Assembly (NCBI GenBank): GCA_015654595.1
Contig: JAATGQ010000125.1
Coordinates: 1,209-65,208 of the forward strand
DNA length: 64,000 bases
Direction: 5' to 3'
Source: Chitinophagales bacterium
GTDB taxonomy: Bacteria; Bacteroidota; Bacteroidia; Chitinophagales; Chitinophagaceae
The notes beneath the pieces are model-generated. The model saw nothing but the letters and a program-made list of their open reading frames with translations, ran no database searches and had not been told where the DNA came from. How positions within the stretch are numbered: the stretch's first letter is position 1; each line of letters starts with the position of its first letter. Both the position numbers and the translations under genes were made by a program. Below, piece after piece: positions 26,444 through 35,190 of this stretch.

Positions 26444-27787
26444 TTACAAAGTCTGATGAATGGTCGGATTGCGCCACCGCACAAACCGCCAGGCAACGGC
26501 TGCGGAAAAGAGCATCCCCAGGGCCAGGGTAATAGGCAGCAGCATTTTGTCCGAAGCCAGCAAAGCCCCTGTCAGCGCCGCGGTATAGATGATCACGGGG
26601 AGTAGATAAAGCAAGGAGAGGCCCTTTGTACCAAGCGGGATCCGGAACGGCCGGTGCGCGTCGGGCTCTTTTTTCCGCAGGATCAGTAGGGCCAGGAATT
26701 CCAGCGAAAGCCCAGCGCCATAAAGGATGATATCCATTACCACCAGGTCACCGAAGGTAAAAAGCACCAGGATGCTGACGACAACCGAAGAGATGATGAT
26801 CGAGACATATGGGGTCTTGAATCTTGGATGAAGGGAATACAGTAAAGGCGGCAGCAGTCTGTCGTCCGCCATCACCTTAGGGATACGGGATACAGAAAGC
26901 AGCACAGCGGAATAAAGGCCGAGCGCGCTGGCCATTCCGCCGGCAGCGACGACGATCCCCAGCCATCGCCCGCCGACCAGGACACCCAATACGGGAAAAC
27001 CGCCGTGATCGATGTCGATGGCATCTGCGGATATACCGCTGCGGGTGACGGCCAGCGCAGCCAGTACATAGAGTCCTATAGTAACGACGAAAGCAATACA
27101 GACGGAGATAAAGTAGGACCTCACGGGCCTGTTGACCTCTTCGGCGTAAGTTGTGGCGTTATCCCAGCCTATAAAATTCCACATGACGGTGTAAAGCCCC
27201 ATCCCAAGAGTTGGGAAGTCCTGCCCTTTGATCGAGGGGAGAGGTATAGACGCGCCGTGATGCGCAAAAGCCATTCCGAAAAGAATACCGAACGGCGTTA
27301 GAATGAGGATGCTTAATACGGTCGATACCCTCCCCACCGGCAGGATGCCGATAATATTCAATAAAGCCGAAGACCAGATGATAGCCAGGCAAACGGGCAC
27401 TTTCCAGTGCAGGATCTCCGGAAAAAAGAAAGACGCGTACGTCACAAAGATCACCGGGTAGATGGCAAGGTCGCAAAAGGTATAAAGCCAGGTCCACCAT
27501 CCTTCGAAGAAGGCCCAGCGTATGCCGAGAGCTCTTCGGACCCATTGATAGTAGCCGCCGGTGATGGGCATGAGGCTGTTGAGCTCCAGCACGGTGAGGA
27601 TGGTTGGCACATCCCATAGTATCGGCGTGATGAGCAGCAGCAACAGCGCCCCCTGGTTACCGACATAGCCGAAGAGGGATTCAAGGCCATAGGGGCCTCC
27701 GCTAACAGTTAGAAATATCACTGCGGCCAGATGGGCCACCTTCAGTTTACCGCCCTGAACCGGGCGGCGTCTCTGGTCATTGGTCAT
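26444..27787 (-). CDS. APC family permease (amino acid/polyamine)
   Basis: About 12 TMs; VSGGPYGLE, GGYYQWV, WNFIGWDN..YAEEV, RPFRIP. Confidence 0.9.
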   Translation of the reverse strand: MTNDQRRRPVQGGKLKVAHLAAVIFLTVSGGPYGLESLFGYVGNQGALLLLLITPILWDVPTILTVLELNSLMPITGGYYQWVRRALGIRWAFFEGWWTWLYTFCDLAIYPVIFVTYASFFFPEILHWKVPVCLAIIWSSALLNIIGILPVGRVSTVLSILILTPFGILFGMAFAHHGASIPLPSIKGQDFPTLGMGLYTVMWNFIGWDNATTYAEEVNRPVRSYFISVCIAFVVTIGLYVLAALAVTRSGISADAIDIDHGGFPVLGVLVGGRWLGIVVAAGGMASALGLYSAVLLSVSRIPKVMADDRLLPPLLYSLHPRFKTPYVSIIISSVVVSILVLFTFGDLVVMDIILYGAGLSLEFLALLILRKKEPDAHRPFRIPLGTKGLSLLYLLPVIIYTAALTGALLASDKMLLPITLALGMLFSAAVAWRFVRWRNPTIHQTL

Positions 27788-27917
27788 CGCCTAAAAATAG
27801 GGATTTTTCCAAAGGGACAGGCTGAGGAATTTGCGCCTCATTTTTTTACCGGCAGGGTTCGCCCCCGCGCTGTGACGGGGCTTTTAAAATCCGGCACGTC
27901 GTAGGCTGATAGAAGAT

Positions 27918-29021
27918 ATGACCATTTTGAAAAAATACCCCTTTTATCTTCGGGCGACGGTTATCCTGTTTGGCCTTATCCTGTGCTCCTATGCGCTGGC
28001 CAATCTCCGGGATATCCTGGTGCCTTTTTCCTTTGCGCTGTTGATGGCGATCCTTTTGAACCCGTTGGTGGGGAGACTAGAAAGCTGGAAGCTGCCAAAG
28101 GTGCCGGCGATAGTAGTGGCTTTGCTGGTGGCAGCGGTGATCATTTCAGCCGTGTGGTACTTCCTTGCTACCCAAATGATGCATTTTACCTCGCAGTTGC
28201 CAATGCTGGAAAAGAAGGCGACGGACCTGGTTTTCCGGCTGCAGCAGGATCTGTCCCGAAAGATACCGCTGGACAAGCAGAATCAATATCTCGCCGAGGC
28301 AAAGGCCGCGATCAACCCGCTAATCGCCCGGACGCTGGGTACTGTGCTGGGGACGATGACAACGGTTTTTCTGCTGCCGGTTTATGCTTTCCTGCTCCTG
28401 TATTACAAAACGCTGATCCTGAATTTCCTCTACGAGATCTTTGCGGAAGAGAACGAGGCCGAGGTCCGGTCGGTATTGATGCAGGTCCGCGGCGCGATCC
28501 AAAGCTATATGTATGGGCTTTTGATCGAAGGGCTGATCGTGGCGGCCCTCAACGCGATAGCGTTATTTATCCTGGGAGTGCCTTATGCGATCCTGCTTGG
28601 GATCCTCGGGGCGATACTGAATGTGCTGCCTTTCTTTGGAGGGATACTGGCGGCTTTGCTGCCGATCATGGTGGCGACTATCACAAAGGATGGGCTGCAT
28701 ACGCAGATCGAGATCGCGGTCGCCTATATGGTGATACAGTTTATCGACAACCATTTCCTGATACCTTATATCGTGAGTGCGAAGGTGAAGATCAATGCGC
28801 TGATCTCTATCATCGCGGTGCTGCTTGGCGGGGCGGTTTGGGGCCTGTCGGGGATGTTCCTGTCGATACCGTTCATCGGGATACTAAAGATCGTTTTTGA
28901 CCGGATACCGGAATTGCAGCCCTGGGGTAGACTCCTGGGGGACCGGTCTGCGGATGAGCCCAAATGGAAACGCGCCCGGCGGATGCCGCGGAGAAAGGCC
29001 GCGGCGCGGCAGGGACGCTGA
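27918..29021 (+). CDS. AI-2E family transporter
   Basis: LLNPLV, LNVLPFFG, QFIDNH, GMFLSIP pattern. Confidence 0.9.
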   Translation: MTILKKYPFYLRATVILFGLILCSYALANLRDILVPFSFALLMAILLNPLVGRLESWKLPKVPAIVVALLVAAVIISAVWYFLATQMMHFTSQLPMLEKKATDLVFRLQQDLSRKIPLDKQNQYLAEAKAAINPLIARTLGTVLGTMTTVFLLPVYAFLLLYYKTLILNFLYEIFAEENEAEVRSVLMQVRGAIQSYMYGLLIEGLIVAALNAIALFILGVPYAILLGILGAILNVLPFFGGILAALLPIMVATITKDGLHTQIEIAVAYMVIQFIDNHFLIPYIVSAKVKINALISIIAVLLGGAVWGLSGMFLSIPFIGILKIVFDRIPELQPWGRLLGDRSADEPKWKRARRMPRRKAAARQGR

Positions 29022-29104
29022 ACGCGCACCAGCGGCTGGTTTTGCATCCGCCGCCAGGCCGGGATGCCCCGCCGCTTTGCACGGAAAGAAGATGCCAGCC
29101 CTGC

Positions 29105-30235
29105 CTAACCGATGTAATGAGGGACGAACCGGCTTAAGTTGTTAGTCACGAGAGTCGAGCTCTCCCGTATACCCATGCCCGCCGGCTGCTGGCCGATGAT
29201 CCAGCTTCCAAGAACGGGATAGTTGCCATTGAAGTCGGGGAGCGTAAAGAGCTGCTGATAGATATAGCCCTCCGCGCCATACTCGCCTTCGGTCGACTCA
29301 ATGACAGACTTGTTGCGCACCAATTCGATATTGGCGCCTTCGCGGGACAGGATGGGCTTTTTTACATACTCGGAAAGATGGCCGCTTTCGAAATAGGCAG
29401 GCAGTAAATAAGGACAGTCGGGATAAAGTTCCCAAAGGATCGGCAGTATAGCCTTGTTAGAAAGCAGCATCTTCCAGGAAGGCTCAATCCAATAGGCCTT
29501 GTTCTTATCGACAAGGATGTTCTCGCCAAATTCTTCTTTTGTCATCCATTCCCAGGGATAGAGTTTGAAGATATTGACGATGGGGCCGTCCTCTCCATCT
29601 ACAAATTGCTGGCTGGATCGATCCCATCCGATATCGTCGATAAAGACCAGCTGCGTGTCCAGTCCGCCCTGGATCGCACAGTCCCGCATGTATTCGGTAT
29701 TGGTAAGATCCTCCAGCGAATTTTTGACACAGGTAAAGTGCAATTTTCCGGGATGCAGATAGGCTTTCAGGTATTTCCAATAGCCGATGAGCTTTTCATG
29801 TATGCTGTTGAACTGGTCTTTTGTCTTGTCCCGATCCTGCAGCCAGAACCACTGTACGATGCCCGCCTCGTAAAGACTGGTAGGGGTATCGGCGTTGAAT
29901 TCAAGGAGTTTCAACTCTCCGTTCTTAAAACAGAGGTCGAATCGGCCGTAGATGGCTGGATGATCTTCCATCCAGGTCTTTTCGATATACGGGATATAGG
30001 CTTCAGGAATAGCAAATTTGTGATAGAGTCTATTGTCCATCACGTGCTGTACAGCGCCAAGACAAAGATCCCACAGTTCGGCGGATGCCTTCTCGATAAA
30101 AAGGATCTCGTCGAGCGTAAATTCATAACAGGCGCTTTCGTCCCAGTAAGGTACGTCGGTGGAATGAAAGCCAAAGCCCAGCTGTTCGACAGCGGCCTGC
30201 CAGTTGTTACGGGGAGATATGGTATGACGTTGCAT
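29105..30235 (-). CDS. glutathionylspermidine synthase family protein (YgiC/YjfC-like ATP-grasp ligase)
   Basis: YWDE, YGRFD, LEFNADTPTSLYE, FKLYPWEW, SNKAIL, KPILSREG, GIRE; no amidase (CHAP) domain. Confidence 0.93.
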   Translation of the reverse strand: MQRHTISPRNNWQAAVEQLGFGFHSTDVPYWDESACYEFTLDEILFIEKASAELWDLCLGAVQHVMDNRLYHKFAIPEAYIPYIEKTWMEDHPAIYGRFDLCFKNGELKLLEFNADTPTSLYEAGIVQWFWLQDRDKTKDQFNSIHEKLIGYWKYLKAYLHPGKLHFTCVKNSLEDLTNTEYMRDCAIQGGLDTQLVFIDDIGWDRSSQQFVDGEDGPIVNIFKLYPWEWMTKEEFGENILVDKNKAYWIEPSWKMLLSNKAILPILWELYPDCPYLLPAYFESGHLSEYVKKPILSREGANIELVRNKSVIESTEGEYGAEGYIYQQLFTLPDFNGNYPVLGSWIIGQQPAGMGIRESSTLVTNNLSRFVPHYIG

Positions 30236-30282
30236 TTGTTTTTGTTTTATTTCGTGGCCAATGGACCGGGGCCGGCCTTGGA

Positions 30283-30621
30283 TTATGACGATACGGACCA
30301 GCCGCCGCCTTCGGAGCTGCCGCCAAAACCGCCGCGAACGATGCAGCTTTTGACGGAATTGGTCCCGATATTACTGCTTTCGCCGATCGCATCGGAATAA
30401 TAACCCGCGCGGCGATACGTACCATAGACAAAGTTTCCGTAAGGACGGAAGGCATAGAACCAGTGACCCGGTGTCGTCGTATGGTAGACCCTGGTATAGG
30501 GCGCGGTAGTGTCACTGCGGACATAGACGCCGGAGTGTTCATCCCATTGACTACCCGGTCGATGACAGGAGGCCAGTGCAGCAGTGATGAGAACAAGGCT
30601 GATTTGTTTACTTTTCTTCAA
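30283..30621 (-). CDS. small lipoprotein with C-terminal RGGFG motif (YgiB/DUF1190-like)
   Basis: Lipobox LASC; C-terminal VRGGFGGS; directly upstream of the Gsp-like ligase. Confidence 0.72.
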   Translation of the reverse strand: MKKSKQISLVLITAALASCHRPGSQWDEHSGVYVRSDTTAPYTRVYHTTTPGHWFYAFRPYGNFVYGTYRRAGYYSDAIGESSNIGTNSVKSCIVRGGFGGSSEGGGWSVSS

Positions 30622-30627
30622 GGCAGT

Positions 30628-30996
30628 CTATTTCACGGTGATGAATATCTGATAGTCTTTTTTTATGTTCACCAGTCTGGTGTCGCCGTTGTCATTTCCT
30701 GCCTCTTCCAGCGAGGAATCCAGGGCGGGAATGGTGTCCGTATGGATGACGGTGCGGTATTCGTTTCCTTTCACCCATATCTTATGCGAAGTCAGGATGA
30801 CGTCGTGCGTGCTGTCGGCATGCTGTACGGAAACGGAACTTTCTATCGAACCGTTGGTATCGACGGACTGTGTCAGGTCTTCCTTTGGGGTGGAATGAGT
30901 CAATCCCAATACGATCAGAATGACAACGCCCAGTATGAACAGGACCAGGGCGATACGTCCGCTGCGGAACTTCTTGGTATGTTGGTTTGTTTGCAC
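30628..30996 (-). CDS. single-TM hypothetical protein
   Basis: Basic N-terminus plus TM, then beta-rich domain ending DYQIFITVK; 6 bp from the next gene; GTG start chosen. Confidence 0.65.
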   Translation of the reverse strand: MQTNQHTKKFRSGRIALVLFILGVVILIVLGLTHSTPKEDLTQSVDTNGSIESSVSVQHADSTHDVILTSHKIWVKGNEYRTVIHTDTIPALDSSLEEAGNDNGDTRLVNIKKDYQIFITVK

Positions 30997-31121
30997 GGCA
31001 TAAAGATAGTCAGCAGCCGCAGATATCAAAAAGAGATTCGTGAATACCGGCTGTCCATCCGGGGGAATGGAAAAGTATGTGTGATAAGTGGTAGTACGAC
31101 GGTTTTTGGGTAATTTCAGGC

Positions 31122-33554
31122 ATGATAAAAACCTATTTCCTTGTCGCTCTGCGCTTTCTGAAGCGCAATAAGGCATTTTCCCTGCTCAATATTTTTGGGC
31201 TATCCATCGGCGTTGCCGCCAGTATCTTAATTTTCCTGGTTATACGATGGGAGAACAGCTACGACGCTTATCATCAAAATAAAGACCGGGTCTACCGGGT
31301 AGTTACCACCGTTGTCAACAAGAGCAACGGCGAGGTTTCCGACCAGCATGCTTATGCGCCTGTTACGCTTGCGGACGCGATCCGGAGCGAAGTGACGGGT
31401 GTCGAAAAGACGGCCGCTATTTTGAAGATGCCGGCCTTACAGGTACGTACTGCTCCAAAAGGCACACCGGATGAGAAGATCTTTTTGCAGCAGGAGATAT
31501 GTTCTGCAGATCCTGAACTGTTCAATATGCTGGATGTGGAGTGGCTGGATGGCAACGCGGCGGGTCTGAAAGATCCTTATACCACCGTGGTTGCGGCAAG
31601 TCTTGCCGATCGGTGGTTTGGCAGCTGGCATTTTGCCATAGGCAAGACCATCGAGATGGGATCGGCTCGTATGCCACTAAAAATAGTAGGGGTGTTTAAA
31701 GATCGGGGCGACAATACGGATATTCCGCTTGAACAGGTGGAATCTTATGCCACCCTCCATGCTACCGCCCAGGATTTTTTCACCTATCACGAAAGCTGGC
31801 ACTATCCGGCCCGTCATTCGGAATTGTTCCTGATGCTCGCCCCCGGCTCAAACCGGTCTCAAGTGGAAGCCCAGCTGAAGGGGATCGTCAGCAGACATTA
31901 CGGCGAAGACAAGTCTTCCTATACTACTTATAGCAAGCTGGGCTTGCAGCCATTGACCGACATGCATCTGAATCCCAGCTTTGAAACGCTGAAGGGAGAT
32001 GCGTTGTCCGTCAAGGTGCTTTGGTCGCTGGCCACGATCGGCATATTGCTGTTGGTAGTCGCCAGTATCAATTTTATCAACCTGTCGACCGCACAGTCGG
32101 TCCGAAGAAGTAAGGAGGTGGGCGTGCGAAAGGTATTGGGCAGCAACCGTTGGCAGCTGGTGCGGCAATTTATGCTGGAGACGGCCGTCATCACGACCAT
32201 TGCGCTGCTGTTGGGCTGCCTGTTGGCACAACTGGCCTTACCCTGGCTGCAGTCGGTCATGCACAAGCCCGTAACAGCAAACTGGTTCCTCTCCCCCAGC
32301 CTGCTGCTCTTTCTGCTGTCGCTGGGCTGCCTGCTGAGCTTGTTTGCGGGTTTCTATCCTGCGGTGGTGTTATCCGGGTTTGACGTGATCGAAGCGATTA
32401 AAAATAAAATTACCACCCGGACCATCGGCGGGCTTTCCCTTCGCCGCAGCCTTGTGTTCGTTCAGTTTGTGGTTGCGCAGCTGCTGATCATCGGCACGAT
32501 CGTCGTCGTCCGGCAGATGGCTTTTTTCCATAATAGGCCACTGGGTTTTGAAAAGGATGCCATCGCCATGATCGAGCTGCCCAGCAATGAGAAGTATGTG
32601 CCATTGCAACCCTATCTAAAAGAAAAACTGAGTCAGGTGCCAGGGGTGGAAGCGGCAGGTTTTTCCAATATGCCCGTTGCGGATGGCAGCTATCCGAGGG
32701 AGAGGCACGTCTATTTTGATGGGATACGGCAGGACTGGCTGGCCGACCTGCAGATAGCCGAACCTGATTTTGTGTCGACAATGCGTATTCCTGTCCTCGC
32801 CGGTACGCTGCCGGATACTAATCACAATGAGGTATTGGTTAATGAAACGCTGGTCAAAAGACTGGGACTGCACTCTCCAAGAGAGGTGATCGGTAAACGT
32901 ATAGCCGTAGAATCCGATTCCAATCTATTTTATATCTCGGGAGTCGTGCGGGACTATCACAACCAGTCTTTGCGGGAGGCGCTCGAACCAGTGGTCATAG
33001 AGCCCCAGAGCGAAGGCTATGATTATCTGAACCTGCGTATTCATCCAGGAGATTTAAAAGCCACGACAGCAAAGATCCAGAAGGCTTTTGCAGAAGTATA
33101 TCCTGACTATCTCTTCGACTGCTCCTGGGTGGACGAGCGGGTTGCGCATTTTTATGTAGCAGAAGAGACGACGTCACAGCTGGTCAGGGCTTTTGCAGGC
33201 CTCGCGTTGGTCATTTCAGGCATTGGTCTTTACGGACTCGTAGCCTTTATGGCAGTTCAGCGAATGAAGGACATCGGGATAAGAAAGGTATTGGGTGCGT
33301 CTGTAATGAGCATCGTCAGCAGCTTCGGGAAAGAGTTTGGATTGTTGACGGGTCTCGCCTTCCTGGTCTCGGCGCCCATAGGCTATCTCGTGATGCACCG
33401 ATGGCTGGAGGGTTTTTATTATCATGTCAGCCTGGGATGGGAAACCTTTATCGTAACATTAGTATTGTCCCTGCTCATATCCTGGCTGACGGTTGGGTTT
33501 AAAGCCTGGCAGGCAGCGAGCACCAATCCCATAAAAAGCCTTAAGACAGAATAA
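31122..33554 (+). CDS. ABC transporter permease (MacB/FtsX-like)
   Basis: MIKTYFLVALR, INFINLSTA..RSKEVGVRKVLGS, second KDIGIRKVLGAS, NPIKSLKTE. Confidence 0.93.
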   Translation: MIKTYFLVALRFLKRNKAFSLLNIFGLSIGVAASILIFLVIRWENSYDAYHQNKDRVYRVVTTVVNKSNGEVSDQHAYAPVTLADAIRSEVTGVEKTAAILKMPALQVRTAPKGTPDEKIFLQQEICSADPELFNMLDVEWLDGNAAGLKDPYTTVVAASLADRWFGSWHFAIGKTIEMGSARMPLKIVGVFKDRGDNTDIPLEQVESYATLHATAQDFFTYHESWHYPARHSELFLMLAPGSNRSQVEAQLKGIVSRHYGEDKSSYTTYSKLGLQPLTDMHLNPSFETLKGDALSVKVLWSLATIGILLLVVASINFINLSTAQSVRRSKEVGVRKVLGSNRWQLVRQFMLETAVITTIALLLGCLLAQLALPWLQSVMHKPVTANWFLSPSLLLFLLSLGCLLSLFAGFYPAVVLSGFDVIEAIKNKITTRTIGGLSLRRSLVFVQFVVAQLLIIGTIVVVRQMAFFHNRPLGFEKDAIAMIELPSNEKYVPLQPYLKEKLSQVPGVEAAGFSNMPVADGSYPRERHVYFDGIRQDWLADLQIAEPDFVSTMRIPVLAGTLPDTNHNEVLVNETLVKRLGLHSPREVIGKRIAVESDSNLFYISGVVRDYHNQSLREALEPVVIEPQSEGYDYLNLRIHPGDLKATTAKIQKAFAEVYPDYLFDCSWVDERVAHFYVAEETTSQLVRAFAGLALVISGIGLYGLVAFMAVQRMKDIGIRKVLGASVMSIVSSFGKEFGLLTGLAFLVSAPIGYLVMHRWLEGFYYHVSLGWETFIVTLVLSLLISWLTVGFKAWQAASTNPIKSLKTE

Positions 33555-33582
33555 ATCCCCTTGCTTGCGCAAGGGGATTTAT
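33551..33582. terminator. bidirectional hairpin terminator
   Basis: ATAAATCCCCTTGC-TTGC-GCAAGGGGATTTAT between convergent genes. Confidence 0.8.
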
Positions 33583-33590
33583 CCCGCCCT

Positions 33591-35177
33591 TTACCAGCCG
33601 GGAGTCTGCTTATATACGTTGTTGCTGCTCGTGATGACATCGGTAGCGATCGGCCAGGCCATGTGTTTGGCGGGGTCGAACTTACGTGCCGGCCAGACCT
33701 GTGCTTCTGTATAGCCTGAAGTGGGGTCGGTTTTTACCGTATGAATGCGGCCATGCAAGGGTGCGTTGATCGTTGCATAGTCGCCCCAGCGCTTGAGGTC
33801 CTGGAATCGGTCTGTCCACTCGCAGGCCAGCTCGCAGCGGCGTTCGTGTTTCAGATCGGCCATCGTCGGGGAAGCTATCGGCGCCAGACCAACGCGTGCA
33901 CGAACCTCGTTCAAAGGCGCTGCTGCATCGGCATTCTTACCCTGCTGGATCAGCGCTTCTGCTTTGAAAAGCAATATCTCAGCATAGCGCATCAGCGGCA
34001 GGTTCAGGGAGGTGGTTGGATAGTCTCCGTTCTGATTGATCATCCCATCGGTTCCGGAATTTCCGTTAGTGCCATAGGAATAGGGCTCCATGTATTTATT
34101 GATCTGAAAACCAGAAAGGCTGTTGGTGGAATAATATTGACGGGTCTGACCAAAGTAGGTGAACTGGTCGCCATAGTTCAGGATCGTTGCTTCGCGACGC
34201 GGATCACCGGACTCGTACTCGTCATAAAGTTCTTCCGTCGGTTGGAAATAGCCCCAGCCATTGTAAAGTCCCCAGCCGGTATTCTCCAGGACTACACCGG
34301 GAAATTCTGATCCGCCCAGCGTACCTGAGTTGACCGACCAGATATATTCGGAGCTCCAGTTATTGGCGATCTTGAATACAGCTTTGTAGTTATCGGCGGG
34401 GGTTGCCTGGTTGGTGATCAGTGCATTTCCGCATTCGTTCTTGATCCTGTCACAGATATCGGGTATCAGCGCCCACTTGCTGGGATCGTATTGCGCCCAG
34501 TAGGCATAGGTCTTTACCAGGTAACCGAGTGCGGCAGCTTTGTGTGCACGCCCCTGGTCTGCGGCAGTATACGTACTAAAGACAGGCAACAGATCGGCAG
34601 CCTTTTGCAGGTCGGCGGCGATGATCGCATAGTTGTCAGTGACGGAAGCCAGCTGCGGGGGGATGCGTTTTCCATATTCAGCATTTTCGACACCGTCATA
34701 GGGCACACCCTGATCCTTATGGCCCCACATATACGCGATCCAGAAGTGGATCCAGCCACGCATAAAGTAAGCTTCACCCAGGGAGCGATTCTTTATGTCG
34801 TCGGAGATATTGGTGGCATGCGGTATTCCCCCGATAGCCTCATTGGCTTTTGTAAGCGTGGAATACAGATCGCTCCATCCGGAAGCCAGATACCCTTCAT
34901 TCCCTGTACAAACAAAATTCTTGATATTTTCTACATCGGCTTTTGAGCGGCCTACGATCAGGTCATCGCTGGCATTCTGTACCCAGAAGAGATCGCGGCC
35001 CCAGGTCGCCTCATCTTTCATAGAGGTATAAAGTCCTGCGACGCCTTTCAAGATATTGGTCTCGTTGTCCCAAAGGTTGGCCGTAGAAGGTGTGCCATTT
35101 GGCTTTGTATCGACCCAGCTCTTTGAGCAGGAGCTCGCCAGAAGCGCTATTAAAACTATAGAATAGATCCTTTTCAT
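33591..35177 (-). CDS. RagB/SusD family nutrient uptake lipoprotein
   Basis: Lipobox ASSC, GEAYFMRG, LMRYAEILL, ERRCELACE..RFQDLKRW, QTPGW end. Confidence 0.93.
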   Translation of the reverse strand: MKRIYSIVLIALLASSCSKSWVDTKPNGTPSTANLWDNETNILKGVAGLYTSMKDEATWGRDLFWVQNASDDLIVGRSKADVENIKNFVCTGNEGYLASGWSDLYSTLTKANEAIGGIPHATNISDDIKNRSLGEAYFMRGWIHFWIAYMWGHKDQGVPYDGVENAEYGKRIPPQLASVTDNYAIIAADLQKAADLLPVFSTYTAADQGRAHKAAALGYLVKTYAYWAQYDPSKWALIPDICDRIKNECGNALITNQATPADNYKAVFKIANNWSSEYIWSVNSGTLGGSEFPGVVLENTGWGLYNGWGYFQPTEELYDEYESGDPRREATILNYGDQFTYFGQTRQYYSTNSLSGFQINKYMEPYSYGTNGNSGTDGMINQNGDYPTTSLNLPLMRYAEILLFKAEALIQQGKNADAAAPLNEVRARVGLAPIASPTMADLKHERRCELACEWTDRFQDLKRWGDYATINAPLHGRIHTVKTDPTSGYTEAQVWPARKFDPAKHMAWPIATDVITSSNNVYKQTPGW

Positions 35178-35190
35178 AAGTTTAATTTTT

